Shown: positions 13,543-28,500 of the stretch, one piece after another
Layout: each line of letters starts with the position of its first letter
How positions within the stretch are numbered: the stretch's first letter is position 1
Source: Torpedo marmorata
Taxonomy: Eukaryota
Direction: 5' to 3'
Length of the DNA: 64,000 nucleotides
Assembly: GCA_977017645.1 (NCBI GenBank)
Contig: OZ360252.1
Coordinates: 36,952,001 to 37,016,000 of the forward strand
The notes under the pieces: generated by a model
Databases searched by the model: none
What the model saw: the letters and a program-made list of their open reading frames with translations, nothing else
What the model was told of the DNA's origin: nothing
Position numbers and translations under genes: made by a program

Positions 13543-16500
13543 CCGGTGTCGTGGTGCGGGGGTTTATTTACCCGGTGTCGTGTTGTGGTGGGGGTGGTAT
13601 TTACCCAGTGTGGTGGTGCGGAGGGTTATTTACCCGATGTCACTATGCGGGGGTTATTTACCCGATGTATCAGTGCGGGGTGTTATTTACCCGGTGTCGT
13701 GGTGCGGGGGTTTATTTACCCGGTGTCGTGGTGCGGGGGGTTATTTACCCGGTGTCATGGAGCAGGGGGGTTATTTATTTGTGTAGGGGTGGGTTATTTA
13801 CCCAGTGTCGCGGTGCGGGTGGGTTATTTACCCGCTGTCGCGGAGAGGGGTGGGTTATTTACCCGGTGTTGCTGTGTGGGGGGTATTTACCCGGTGTCTT
13901 GGTGCAGGGGGTTTATTTACCTGGTGTCGTGTTGCGGTGGGGGTGGTATTTACCCGGTGTGGTAGTGCGTGGGGTTATTTACCCGATGTCACTGTGTTTG
14001 GGGTTATTTATCCGGTGTCGCGGTGTAGGCATTGGTTATTTACCCGGTGTCGCGGAGAGGGGTGGGTTATTTACCCGGTGTTGCTGTGTGGGGGGTATTT
14101 ACCCGGTGTCTTGGTGCAGGGGGTTTATTTACCCGGTGTCGTGTTGCGGTGGGGGTGGTATTTACCCGGTGTGGTAGTGCGTGGGGTTATTTACCCGATG
14201 TCACTGTGTTTGGGGTTATTTATCCGGTGTCGCGGTGTAGGGGTGGGTTATTTACCTGGTGTCGCGGTGCGGGGTTATTTATCCTGTGTCGTGGTGCGTG
14301 GTGGGTTATTTACCCGGTGTCGCGGTACGGGGGGTATTTACCCTGTTTCGTGGTGCAGGGTGGGTTATTTACCCGGTGTCACGGTGTAGGGGTGGGTTAT
14401 TTACCCGGTGTCGCGTTGTGGGGGGTATTTACCCTGTGTCGTGGTGCAGGGTGGGTTATTTACCCGGTGTCGCGATGCGGTTTTTTAAAATCCTGTGTGG
14501 CGGTGCAAGGGGTTATTTATCCGGTGTTGTAGTGTGGTGGGGTTATTTACCTGTTGTCGTGGTGTGGGGGGTTATTTATCCAGTGTCGCGGTGCGGGGGT
14601 TATTTACCTGGTGCCGTGATGCAGCGGGTGTTATTTACCCAGTGTCGCGGTGCGGGGGGAGGTGTTATTTACCCAGTGTCGCGGTGCGGGGGGGGTGTTA
14701 TTTACCCGGTGTCGCGGTGCAGTGGGTTATTTACCCGGTGCAGGTTGTATTATTTACCCGGTGCCGCGGTGCGGTGTGGGCTATTTACCTGGTGTCGCGC
14801 TGCGGGGGGTTATTTACCCGGTGTTGAGGAGCTGGGTGGGTTATTTACCCGGTGTCATGGAGCAGGGGAATTATTTACCTGGTGTCGCTGTGCAAGGTGG
14901 GTTATTTAACCGGTGTCGCGTGCAGGGGGGTTATTTACCCGGTGTCACGGTGCGATGGGTGTTATACACCTGGTATCGCGGGGCTGGGTGTTATTTACCT
15001 GGTGTCGCGGTGTGGGGTGGTTATTTACCTGTTGTGGGGGGTTATTTACCCAGTGTCACGTTGCCTGGGGGGTTATTTACCCGGTGTCACGGTGCTGTGG
15101 GTTATTTACCCGGTGTCGCATTGCAGGGGGTTCTTTATCCGATGTTGTGGTGCAGGTGGGTTATTTACCTGATGTCTCAGTGCGGGGTGATATTTACCCG
15201 ATGTCGCGGTGCAAGGTGTGTTATACACCTGGTATCGCGGGGTGGGGTGTTAGTTACCTGGTGTCGTGGTGTGGGGGGTGTTATTTACCCAGTGTCACGT
15301 TGCCTGGGGGGTTATTTACCTGGTGTCACGGTGTGGGGTGGGTTATTTATCCGGTGTCTCGGTGCGACTGGGTTATTTACCCGGTGTTGCAATGCGGGGG
15401 GCTATTTACTCAATGTCGCGTTGCGGGTGGGTTATTTACCTGGTGTCGCGGTGCGGGGTGGTTATTTACCTGGTGTGGGGGGTTATGTACTCTGTGTCGC
15501 GGTGCGGGGGGGGTGTTATTTACCCAGTGTCACATTGCCTGGGGGGTTATTTACCCGGTGTCACGGTGCAGTGGGTTATTTACCCAGTGTCACATTGCCT
15601 GGGGGGTTATTTACCCGGTGTCACGGTGCAGTGGGTTATTTACCCAGTGTCGCATTGCCTGGGGGGTTATTTACCCGGTGTCACGGTGCAGTGGGTTATT
15701 TACCCAGTGTCGCATTGCAGGGGATTATTTATCCGATGTTGTGGTGCGGGTGGGTTATTTACCTGGTGTCTCAGTGCGGGGTGATATTTACCCGGTGTCG
15801 CGGTGCGGATTGGGTTATTTACCCGGTGTTGCGGTGCAGGTAGTTATTTACCCGGTGTTGCGGTGCTGGGGGGGGGTATCTACCCGGTGTCGCGGTGCGG
15901 GTGGGTTATTTACCCAGTGTCGCGGTGCGGGTCGGTTATTTACCCGGTGTTGCGGTGCGTGGGGTTATTTTCCTGGTGTCATGGTGTGGGGTGGGTTATT
16001 TACCCGGTGCTGTTGTGCGGGGTGGGGGGGTGTATTTACCCAGTGTTGCGGTGCGGATTGGGTTATTTACCCAGTGTTGCGGTGCGGGTCGGTTATTTAC
16101 CCGGTGTTGCGGTGCGGAGGGTTATTTACCCGGTGTTGCTGTAAGGGATGGGTTATTTACCCGTTGTTGCGGTGCGGGGGGCTATTTACCTGGTGTCGTG
16201 GTGCAGGGGGCTATTTACCCAGTGTCGCGGTGAGGGTGGGTTATTTACCCAGTGTCGCGGTGAGGGTGGGTTATTTACGGTAGTGTCACAGTGTTTGGTG
16301 GGTTACTTACCCGGTGTCGCTGTGCAGGGGCGTTATTTACCCGGTGTCGCGGTGCGGGTGGGTTATTTACCCAGTGTCGCTGTGCGGGGGAGTTATTTAC
16401 CCAATATCGCGGTGCGGGGGGTGTTTAACCAGTGTCGCGGTGCAGGGTTGTGTTATTTAACTGTTTTCACAGTGCAAGGGGTTATTTAACCGGTGTTGCA

Positions 16501-19500
16501 GTGCGGGGGTTATTTACCCGATGTCGCGGTGCGGGTGCATTATTTACCCAGTTTGCTGGTGCAGGTTTTTTTTTACCAGATGTAGTGGTGCAGGGGGTTT
16601 ATTTACCCGGTACACGGTGCGGTGGGGTTATGTATCTGGTGTCGTGGTGCGGGGTGTTATATACCAGGTGTCATGGTGCGGGGGGATATTTGCCTGGTGT
16701 CGCAGTGCGGGGAGGTTATTTACCCGGTGTCGCGGTGGGTGGATTTATTTATCCGGTGTCGTGGTGCGGTGGGGTTATTTATCCGGTGTCGTGGTGCGGG
16801 GTGTTATTTACCCAGTGTCATGGCGTGGGGAGGTTATTTACCCGGTGTCGCGGAGCGTTGGGTTATTTACCTGGTGTCGCGGTGCGGGGGGGTTATTTAC
16901 CCGGTGTCGTGGTGAGGGTGGGTTATTTACGCGGTGTCACGGTGTTTGGTGGGTTACTTACCCGGTGTTGCTGTGCAGGGGCGTTATATACCCGTGTTTC
17001 GGTGCGGGGGGTATTTACCCAGTGTCGCTGTGCGGGGGAGTTATTTACCCAATGTCGCGGTGCGGGGGGTGTTTACCCAGTGTCGCGGTGCGGGGTTGGG
17101 TTATTTAACTGTTTTTTCGGTGCAAGGGGGTATTTAACCGGTGTTGCAGTGCGGGGTTATTTACCCGGTGTTGCAGTGCGGGGGTTATTTACCCGGTGTC
17201 GCGATGCGGGTGCATTATTTACCCAGTTTGCTGGTGCAGGTTTTTTTTTACCAGATGTCGTGGTGCAGGGGGTTTATTTACCCGGTACACGGTGCAGTGG
17301 GGTTATTTATCTGGTGCCGTGGTGCGGGGTGTTATTTACCCGCTACGTGGTGCGGTGGGGTTATTTATCTGGTGTCGCGGTGCGGTGGGGTTATGTATCC
17401 TGTGTCGCGGTGCGGGTGGGTTATTTACCCAGTGTCGCGGTGCGGGGGGTTATTTACCCGGTGTCACGGTGCGGGGGGTTATTTACCCAGTGTCGCGGTG
17501 CGGGTGGGTTATTTACCCGGTGTCGCGGTGCGGGGGGTTATTTACCCAGTGTCGCGGTGAGGGTGGGTTATTTACCCAGTGTCGCGGTGAGGGTGGGTTA
17601 TTTACGGTAGTGTCACGGTGTTTGGTGGGTTACTTACCCGGTGTCGCTGTGCAGGGGCGTTATTTACCCGGTGTCGCGGTGCGGGTGGGTTATTTACCCA
17701 GTGTCGCTGTGCGGGGGAGTTATTTACCCAATATCGCGGTGCGGGGGGTGTTTAACCAGTGTCGCGGTGCAGGGTTGTGTTATTTAACTGTTTTCACAGT
17801 GCAAGGGGTTATTTAACCGGTGTTGCAGTGCGGGGGTTATTTACCCGATGTCGCGGTGCGGGTGCATTATTTACCCAGTTTGCTGGTGCAGGTTTTTTTT
17901 TACCAGATGTAGTGGTGCAGGGGGTTTATTTACCCGGTACGCGGTGCGGTGGGGTTATGTATCTGGTGTCGTGGTGTGGGGTGTTATATACCAGGTGTCA
18001 TGGTGCCGGGAGGTTATTTATCCGGTGTCGCAGTGCGGGGAGGTTATTTACCCGGTGTCGCGGTGGGTGGATTTATTTATCCGGTGTCGTGGTGCGGTGG
18101 GGTTATTTATCCGGTGTCGTGGTGCGGGGTGTTATTTACCCAGTGTCATGGCGTGGGGAGGTTATTTACCCGGTGTCGCGGAGCGTTGGGTTATTTACCT
18201 GGTGTCGCGGTGCGGGGGGGTTATTTACCCGGTGTCGTGGTGAGGGTGGGTTATTTACGCGGTGTCACGGTGTTTGGTGGGTTACTTACCCGGTGTTGCT
18301 GTGCAGGGGCGTTATATACCCGTGTTGCGGTGCGGGGGGTGTTTACCCAGTGTCGCTGTGCGGGGGAGTTATTTACCCAATGTCGCGGTGCGGGGGGTTT
18401 TTACCCAGTGTCGCGGTGCGGGGGGTTATTTACCCGGTGTCACGGTGCGGGGGGTTATTTACCCAGTGTCGCGGTGCGGGTGGGTTATTTACCCGGTGTC
18501 GCGGTGCGGGGGGTTATTTACTCGGTGTCGTGGTGTGGGTGGGTTATTTACCCAGTGTCGCGGTGCGGGGTGGGTTACTTACGCAATGTCGCGGTGAGGG
18601 TGGGTTATTTAACCGTTTTCGCACTGCAGGGGGTTATTTACCCGGTGTTGCGGTGCGGGTGGGTTATTTACCCAGTGTCACGGTATGGGGTGGTTTACAT
18701 ACCTGGTGTCGCGGTGCGGGTGGGTTATTTACCCGTTGTCTCGGTGCGTGGGGGTTATTTACCCGGTGTTGCGGTGCGTGGGGTTATTTTCCTGGTGTCA
18801 TGGTGTGGGGTGGGTTATTTACCCGGTATTGTTGTGCGGGGTGGGGGGGGTGTATTTACCCAGTGTTGCGGTGCGGATTGGGTTATTTACCCGGTGTCGC
18901 GGTACGGGTGGGTTATTTACCCGGTGTTGCGGTGCGGGGGGTTATTTACCCGGTGTTGCGTTATTTACCAGTTGTTACTGTGCGGGGGGCTATTTACCTG
19001 GTGTCGTGGTGCGGGTGGGTTATTTACCCAGTGTCGCGGTGCGGGGTAGATTATTTACCCAGTGTCGCTGTGTGGGGGGCCATTTACCCAGTGTCGCGGT
19101 GATGGTGGGTTATTTACCCAGTGTTGCGGTGAGGGTGAGTTATTTACACAGTGTCGCGGTGAGGGTGGGTTTTTTACGGTGGTGTCACGGTGTTTAGGGG
19201 GTTACTTACCCGGTGTCGCTGTGCAGGGGCGTTATTTACTCGGTGTTGCGGTGCGGGTGGTATTTATCCAGTGTCGCTGTGCGGGGGAGTTATTTACCCA
19301 ATGTCGCAGTGCGGGGGTGTTTACCCAGTGTCGTGGCGCGGGGTTGGGTTATTTAACTGTTTTTGCGGTGCAAGGGGGTATTTAACCGGTGTTGCAGTGC
19401 GGGGGTTATTTATCCGAAGTTACGGTGCGGGGGTTATATACCCGGTGTCGCGATGCGGGGGTTATTTACCCGGTGTCGCGATGCGGGTGCATTATTTACC

Positions 19501-22500
19501 CAGTTTGCTGGTGCAGGTTTTTTTTAACCAGATGTCGTGGTTCAGGGGGGTTATTTACCCGGTTCGCGGTGCGGTGGGGTTTGTATCTGGTGTCGTGGTG
19601 CGGGGTGTTATTTACCCGGTACGCGGTGCGGTGGGGTTATGTATCCTGTGTCATGGTGCGGGATGTTATTTACCAGGTGTCATGGTGCGGGGGGTTATTT
19701 ACCTGGTGACGCTGTGCGTGGGATGGGGGGTTATTTACCCGGCGTCGTGGTGCCGGGAGGTTATTTATCCGGTGTCGTCGTGCGGGGAGGTTATTTACCC
19801 GGTGTCGCGGTGGGGGGATTTATTTATCCGGTGTTGTGGTGCGGTGGGGTTATTTATCCGGTGCCGTGGTGCGGGGTGTTATTTACCCAGTGTCATGGTG
19901 TGGGGAGGTTATTTACTCGGTGTCGTGGAGTGGGGTGTTATTTACCTGGTGTCGCGGTGCGGGTGGGTTATTTACCCAGTGTCGCGGTGAGGGTGGGTTA
20001 TTTACGCGGTGTCACGGTGTTGGGTGGGTTACTTACCTGGTATCGCTGTGCAGGGGCGTTATTTACTCGGTGTTGCTGTGCGGGTTGTATTTACCCAGTG
20101 TCGCTGTGCGGGGGAGTTATTTACCCAATGTCGCGGTGCGGGGGGTGTTTACCCAGTGTCGCGGCGCGGGGTTGGGTTATTTAACTGTTTTCGCGGTGCA
20201 ATGGGGTATTTATTGGTGTTTCTGTGCGGGGGTTATTTACCCGGTGTCGCAGTGCGGGGGTTATTTACCCGATGTCGCGGTGCGGGGGGTTATTTACTCG
20301 GTGTCGTGGTGTGGGTGGGTTATTTACCCAGTGTCGCGGTGCTGGGTGGGTTATTTACGCAATGTCGCGGTGAGGGTGGGTTATTTAACCATTTTCGCAG
20401 TGTAGGGGGTTATTTACCCGGTGTTGCGGTGCGGGTGGGTTATTTACCCAGTGTCACGGTATGGGGTGGTTTACTTACCTGGTGTCGCGGTGCGGGTGGG
20501 TTATTTACCCGTTTTCTCAGTGCGTGGGGGTTATTTACCCGGTGTTGCGGTTCGTGGGGTTATTTTCCTGGTGTCATGGTGTGGGGTGGGTTATTTACCC
20601 GGTATTGTTGTGCGGGGTGGGGGGGGTGTATTTACCCAGTGTTGCGGTGCGGATTGGGTTATTTACCCGGTGTCGCAGTACGGGTGGGTTATTTACCCGG
20701 TGTTGCGGTGCGGGGTGTTATTTACCCGGTGTTGCGGTAAGGGATGCGTTATTTACCAGTTGTTACTGTGCGGGGGGCTATTTACCTGGTGTCGTGGTGC
20801 GGGTGGGTTATTTACCCAGTGTCGCGGTGCGGGGTAGATTATTTACCCAGTGTCGCTGTGTGGGGGGCCATTTACCCAGTGTCGCGGTGATGGTGGGTTA
20901 TTTACCCAGTGTTGCGGTGAGGGTGAGTTATTTACACAGTGTCGCGGTGAGGGTGGGTTTTTTACGGTGGTGTCACGGTGTTTAGGGGGTTACTTACCCG
21001 GTGTCGCTGTGCAGGGGCGTTATTTACCCGGTGTTGCGGTGCGGGGGGTGTTTATCCAGTGTCGCTGTGCGGGGGAGTTATTTACCCAATGTCGCAGTGC
21101 GGGGGGTGTTTACCCAGTGTCGTGGCGCGGGGTTGGGTTATTTAACTGTTTTCGCGGTGCAAGGGGGTATTTAACCGGTGTTGCAGTGCGGGGGTTATTT
21201 ACCCGAAGTTGCGGTGCGGGGGTTATATACCCGGTGTCGCGATGCGGGGGTTATTTACCCGGTGTCGCGATGCGGGTGCATTATTTACCCAGTTTGCTGG
21301 TGCAGGTTTTTTTTAACCAGATGTCGTGGTTCAGGGGGGTTATTTACCCGGTTCGCGGTGCGGTGGGGTTTTTATCTGGTGTCGTGGTGCGGGGTGTTAT
21401 TTACCCGGTACGCGGTGCGGTGGGGTTATGTATCCTGTGTCATGGTGCGGGATGTTATTTACCAGGTGTCATGGTGCGGGGGGTTATTTACCTGGTGACG
21501 CTGTGCGGGGGCTGCGGGGTTATTTACCCGGCGTCGTGGTGCCGGGAGGTTATTTATCTGGTGTCGTCGTGCGGGGAGGTTATTTACCCGGTGTCGCAGT
21601 GGGGGGATTTATTTATCCGGTGTTGTGGTGCGGTGGGGTTATTTATCCGGTGCCGTGGTGCGGGGTGTTATTTACCCAGTGTCATGGTGTGGGGAGGTTA
21701 TTTACTCGGTGTCGTGGAGTGGGGTGTTATTTACCTGGTGTCGCGGTGCGGGTGGGTTATTTACCCAGTGTCGCGGTGAGGGTGGGTTATTTACGCGGTG
21801 TCACGGTGTTGGGTGGGTTACTTACCTGGTGTCGCTGTGCAGGGGCGTTATTTACTCGGTGTTGCTGTGCGGGTTGTATTTACCCAGTGTCGCTGTGCGG
21901 GGGAGTTATTTACCCAATGTCGCGGTGCGGGGGGGTGTTTACCCAGTGTCGCGGCGCGGGGTTGGGTTATTTAACTGTTTTCGCGGTGCAATGGGGTTTT
22001 TATTGGTGTTTCTGTGCGGGGGTTATTTACCCGGTGTCGCAGTGCGGGGGTTATTTACCCGATGTCGCGGTGCAGGGGTTATTACCCAGTGTTGCGGTGC
22101 GTGGGGTTATTTTCCTGGTGTCATGGTGTGGGGTGGGTTATTTACCCGGTGCTGTTGTGCGGAGTGGGGGGAGGGTGTATTTACCCAGTGTTGCGGTGCG
22201 GATTGGGTTATTTACCCGGTGTTGCGGTGCGGGATGCTATTTACCCAGTGTCGCAGTGCAGGTGGTTATTTACCCAGTGTCACGGTGCGGGTCGGTTATT
22301 TACCCAGTGTTGCGGTGCGTGGGGTTATTTTCCTGGTGTCATGGTGTGGGGTGGGTTATTTACCCGGTGCTGTTGTGCGGGGTGGGGGGGTGTATTTACC
22401 TGGTGTTGCGGTGCGGGTGTGTTATTTACCCGGTGTTGCGGTGCGGAGGGTTATTTACCCGGTGTTGCGGTGCGGGGTGCTATTTACCCAGTGTCGCGGT

Positions 22501-25500
22501 GAGTGTGGGTTATTTACGCGGTGTCACGGTGTTTGGTGGGTTACTTACCCGGTGTCGCTGTGCAGGGGCGTTATTTAACCGGTGTTGCGGTGCGGGGGGT
22601 ATTTACCCAGTGTCGCTGTGCGGGGGAGTTATTTACCCAATGTCGCAGTACAGGGGGTGTTTACCCAGTGTCGCGGCGCGGGGTTGGGTTATTTAACTGT
22701 TTTCGCGGTGTAAGGGGGTATTTAACCGGTGTTGCGGTGCGGGGGCTATTTACCCGATGTCGCGTTGCGGGTGTTATTTACCCGGTGTCGCGATGCAGGG
22801 GTTATTTACCCGGTGTCGCGATGCGGGTGCATTAATTACCCAGTTTGATGGTGTAGGTTTTTTTTTATCAGATGTCGTGGTGCAGGGGGGTTATTTACCC
22901 GGTACACGGTGCGGTGGGGTTATTTATCTGGTGTCATTGTGCGGGGTGTTATTTATCCGGTACGCGGTGCGGTGGGGTTATGTATCTGGTGTCGAGGTGC
23001 GGTGGGGTTATGTATCTGGTGTCGTGGTGCTGGGTGTTATTTACCAGGTGTCATGGCGTGTGGACGTTATTTACCCGGTGTCGCGGAGCGGGAGGTTATT
23101 TACCTGGTGTCATGGTGTGGGGTGGGTTATTTACCCGGTATTGTTGTGCGGGGTGGGGGGGGTGCATTTACCCAGTGTTGCGGTGCGGATTGGGTTATTT
23201 ACCCGGTGTCGCGGTACGGGTGGGTTATTTACCCGGTGTTGCGGTGCGGGGGGTTATTTACCCGGTGTTGCGGTAAGGGATGCGTTATTTACCAGTTGTT
23301 ACTGTGCGGGGGGCTATTTACCTGGTGTCGTGGTGCGGGTGGGTTATTTACCCAGTGTCGCGGTGCGGGGTAGATTATTTACCCAGTGTCGCTGTGTGGG
23401 GGGCCATTTACCCAGTGTCGCGGTGATGGTGGGTTATTTACCCAGTGTTGCGGTGAGGGTGAGTTATTTACACAGTATCGCGGTGAGGGTGGGTTTTTTA
23501 CGGTGGTGTCACGGTGTTTAGGGGGTTACTTACCCGGTGTCGCTGTGCAGGGGCTATTTACCCGCTGTCGCGGTGCGGGTGGGTTATTTACCCAGTGTTG
23601 AGGTGCGGGGTTATTTACCTGGTGTTGCGGTAAGGCATTGGTTATTTACCCGATGTTGCGGTGTGGGGGGCTATTTACCTGGTGTCGTGGTGTGGGTGGG
23701 TTATTTACCCAGTGTCACGGTGCGGGGTGGGTTATTTACACAGTGTCGCTGTGCGGGGTGGGTTATTTACGCAGTGTCGCTGTGCTGGGGGCTATTTACC
23801 CAGTGTCGCGGTGAGGGTGGGTTATTTACCCAGTGTCGCGGTGAGGGTGGGTTATTTACCCAGTGTCGCGGCGAGGGTGGGTTATTTACGGTGGTGTCAC
23901 GGTGTTTGGTGGGTTACTTACCCGGTGTCGCTGTGCAGGGGCGTTATTTACCCAATGTCGCGGTACGGGGGGTGTTTACCCAGTGTCGCGGCGCGGGGTT
24001 GGTTATTTAACTGTTTTCGCGGTGTAAGGGGGTATTTAACCGGTGTTGCAGTGCGGGTGTTATTTACCCGATGTCGCGTTGCGGGGGTTATTTACCCGGT
24101 GTCGCGATGCGGGGGCATTATTTACCCAGTTTGCTGGTGCAGGTTTTTTTTTTACCAGATTTCGTGGTGCAGGTGGGTTATTTACCCGGTACGCTGTGCG
24201 ATGGGATTATTTATCTGGTGTCGTGGTGCTGTGTGGTTATTTACTCGGTGTCATGGTGCGGGGTGCTATTTACCCGGTGCTGTTGTGCGGAGTGGGGAGG
24301 GTGTATTTACCCAGTGTTGCGGTGCGGATTGGGTTATTTACCCGGTGTTGCGGTGCGGGGTGCTATTTACCCAGTGTCACGGTGCGGGTGGGTTATTTAC
24401 CCGGTGTTGCAGTGCGGAGGGTTATTTACCCGGTGTTGCTGTAAGGGATGGGTTATTTACCCGTTGTTGCGGTGCGGGGGGCTATTTACCTGGTGTCGTG
24501 GTGCGGGTGGGTTATTTACCCATTGTCGCGGTGCGGGGTGGGTTATTTATGCAGTGTCGCTGTGCGGGGGGCTATTTACCCAGTGTCGCGGTGAGGGTGG
24601 GTTATTTACCCAGTGTCGCGGTGAGGGTGGGTTATTTACCCAGTGTCGCGGTGAGGGTGGGTTATTTACTGTAGTGTCACGGTGTTTGGTGGGTTACTTA
24701 CCCGGTGTCGCTGTGCAGGGGCGTTATTTACTCGGTGTTGTGGTGCGGGGGGTATTTACCCAATGTCGCGGTGCGGGGTGTGTTTACCCAGTGTCGCGGC
24801 GCGGGTTTGGTTTATTTAACTGTTTTCGCGGTGCAAGGGGGTATTTAACCGGTGTTGCAGTGCGGGGGTTATTTACCCGATGTCGCGGTGCGGGGGTTAC
24901 ATACCCGGTGTCGCGATGCGGGGGTTATTTACCCGGTGCCGCGATGCGGGTGCATTACTTACCCAGTTTGCTGGTGCAGGTTTTTTTTACCAGATGTCGT
25001 GGTGCAGGGGGGTTACTTACTCGGTGTCGCGGAGCGGGGGATTATTTACCTTGTGTCGTGGTGCGGGGGGGTTATTTACCCGGTGTCGTGGTGAGGGTGG
25101 GTTATTTACGCGGTGTCACGTTGTTTGGTCGGTTACTTACCCAGTGTCGCTGTGCGGGGGAGTTATTTACCCAATGTCGCGGTGCGGTGGGTGTTTAACA
25201 AGTGTCGCGGCGTGGGGTTGGGTTATTTAACTGTTTTCACGGTGCAAGGGGGTATTTAACCGGTGTCGCGATGCAAGGGTTATATACCCGGTGTCGCGAT
25301 GCGGGGGTTATTTACCCAGTGTCGCGATGCGGGTGCATTATTTACCCAGTTTGCTGGTGCAAGTTTTTTTTTTACCAGATGTCGTGGTGCAGGGGGGTTA
25401 TTTACCCGGTACGCGGTGCGATGGGATTATTTATCCGGTGTCGTGGTGCGGTGGGGTTATTTACCCGGTGTCGTGGTGCGGGGTGCTATTTACCCGGTGT

Positions 25501-28500
25501 CGCGGTGCGGCTGGGTTATTTGCCCGGTGTCGCGGTGCGGGTGGGTTATTTACCTAGTGGCGCGGTGCGGTGTGGGTTATTTACGCAATGTCGCGTTGCG
25601 TGTGGGTGAAATATACGGTGTTGCGGTGCTGAGTGGGTTATTTACCCACTGTTGCGGTGCAGGGGTTATTTACCCGGTGTCGTAGTGCGGGGGAGTTATT
25701 TACCCAGTGTCATGGTGTGGAGAGGTTATTTACTCGGTGTCGCGGAGCGGGGGGTTATTTACCTGGTGTCGCGGTGCGGGGGGGTTATTTACCCAGTGTC
25801 GTGGTGAGTGTGGGTTATTTACGCGGTGTCACGGTGTTTGGTGGGTTACTTACCCGGTGTCGCTGTGCAGGGGCGTTATTTACCCGGTGTTGCGGTGCGG
25901 GGGCTATTTACCCAGTGTCGCTGTGCGGGGGAGTTATTTACCCGGTGTCATTGTGCGGGGGGCTATTTACCCAGTGTCGTGGAACGGGTGGGTTATTTAC
26001 CCAGTGTCGCGGTGAGGGTTGGTTATTTACCCAGTGTCGTGGTGCGGGTGGGTTATTTACGCGGTGTCGCGGTGAGGGTGGGTTATTTAAGCGGTGTCAC
26101 AGTGTTGGGTGGGTTACTTACCCGGTGTCGCTGTGCAGCGGCGTTATTTACCCGGTGTTGCGGTGCGGGGGAGTTATTTACCCAGTATCGTGATGCGGTG
26201 GGTGTTTACCCAGTGTTGCTGCGCGGGGTTGGTTATATAACTGTTTTCGCGGTGCAAGGGGATATTTAACCGGTGTTGCAATGTTGGGGTATTTACCCGA
26301 TGTCACGGTGCAGTGGTTATTTACCCGGTGTCGCGATGCGGGGGCATTATTTACCCAGTTTGCTGGTGCAGGTTTTTTTTTACCTGATGTCGTGGTGCAG
26401 CGGGGTTATTTACCCGGTACGTGGTGCGGTGGGGTTATTTATCCGGTGTCATGGTGCGGTGGGGTTATTTAGCTGGTGTCGTGATGCAGGGTGTTATTTA
26501 CCCGGTGTCGCGGTGCGGTGGGGTTATTTATCCGGTGTTGTGGTGTGGTGGGGTTATTTATCCGGTGTCGCGGTGCGGTGGGGTTATTTATCCGGTGTTG
26601 TGGTGTGGTGGGGTTATTTATCCGGTGTTGTGGTGTGGTGGGGTTATTTACCCGGTGTCGTGGTGTGGTGGTGTTATTTATCCGGTGTCGCGGTGTGGTG
26701 GGGTTATTTATCCGGTGTCGCGGTGGGGTGGGGTTATTTAGCCGGTGTCACGGTGCGGTGGGGTTATTTATCCGGTGTCGTGGTGCGGGTGTTATTTACC
26801 CGGTGTCGCGGTGCGGTGGGGTTATTTACCCGGTGTCGCGGTGTGGTGGGGTTATTTAGCCGGTGTCGTGGTGCGGGGTGTTATTTACCCGGTGTCGCGG
26901 TGCGGTGGGGTTATTTAACCGGTGTCGCGGTGCGGTGGGGTTATTTACCCGGTGTCGTGGTGCGGGGTGTTATTTACCCGGTGTCGCGGTGCGGTGGGGT
27001 TATTTACCCGATGTCGTGGTGTGGTGGGGTTATTTACCCGGTGTCGCGGTGCGGTGGGTTTATTTAGCCGGTGTCGCGGTGCGGTGGGGTTATTTATCTG
27101 GTGTCGTGGTGCGGGGTGTTATTTACCCAGTGTCGCGGTGCGGTGGGGTTATTTATCCGGTGTCACGGTGCGGTGGGGTTATTTAACCGGTGTCCTGGTG
27201 CCGTGGGGTTATTTATCCGGTGTTGTGGTGCGGTGGGGTTATTTATCCGGTGTCGTGGTGCGGGGTGTTATTTACCCAGTGTCATGGTGTGGGGAGGTGA
27301 TTTACTCGGTGTCGTAGAGCAGGGGTTTATTTACCTGGTGTCGCCATGCGGGGGAGTTATTTATCCAGTGTCGCGGTGCGGGAGGGTTATTTACCCTGTG
27401 TCGCGGTGTGGGTGGGTTATTTACGCGGTGTCACGGTGTTTGTTGGGTTACTTACCCGGTGTCGCTGTGCAGGGGCGTTATTTATCCGGTGTTGCGGTGC
27501 GGGGGGTATTTACCCAGTGTTGCTGTGCGGGGGAGTTATTTACCCAATGTCGCGGTATAGGGGGTGTTTACCCAGTGTCGCGGCGCGGGGTTGGGTTATT
27601 TAACTGTTTTCGCGGTGTAAGGGGGTATTTAACCGGTGTTGCAGTGCGTGGGTTACTTACCCGATGTCGCGTTGCGGGGATTATTTTTCCGGTGTCGCGG
27701 TGCGGGGTGGGGTATTTACCAGGTGACGCGGTGCGGGTGGGTTATTTCCGCGGGATGGGTTATTTACCCAGTGTCACGGTGTGGGGTGGGTTATTTATCC
27801 AGTGTCGTGGTGCGGGGAGTTTATTTACCAGTGTCGCGGTGCGGGGGGTTATTTACCGGGTGTCACGGTAGGGGGATTTATTTATCCGGTGTCGTGGTGC
27901 GGGGTGGGTTATTTACCCAGTGTCACGGTGTGGGGTGGGCTATTTACCCGGTGTCGTGGTGCGGGTGGGTTATTTATCCGGTGTCGTGGTGCGGGGTGTT
28001 ATTTACCCGGTGTCATGCTGCGGGGAGGTTATTTACCCGGTATCACAGTGCGGGGGGGTTATTTACCCGGTGCCGCGATGCGGGTGCATTATTTACCCAG
28101 TTTGCTGGTGCAGGTTTTTTTTTACCATATGTCGTGGTGCAGGGGGGTTACTTACTCGGTGTCGCGGAGCGGGGGATTATTTACCTTGTGTCGTGGTGCG
28201 GGGGGGTTATTTACCCGGTGTCGTGGTGAGGGTGGGTTATTTACGCGGTGTCACGTTGTTTGGTCGGTTACTTACCCAGTGTCGCTGTGCGGGGGAGTTA
28301 TTTACCCAAAGTCGCGGTGCGGTGGGTGTTTAACAAGTGTCGCGGCGTGGGGTTGGGTTATTTAACAGTTTTCACGGTGCAAGGGGGTATTTAACCGCTG
28401 TTGCAGTGCAGGGGTTATTTACCCGGTGTCGCGATGCGCGGGTTATTCACCCGGTGTCGCGATGCGGGGGCATTATTTACCCAGTTTGCTGGTGCAGGTT

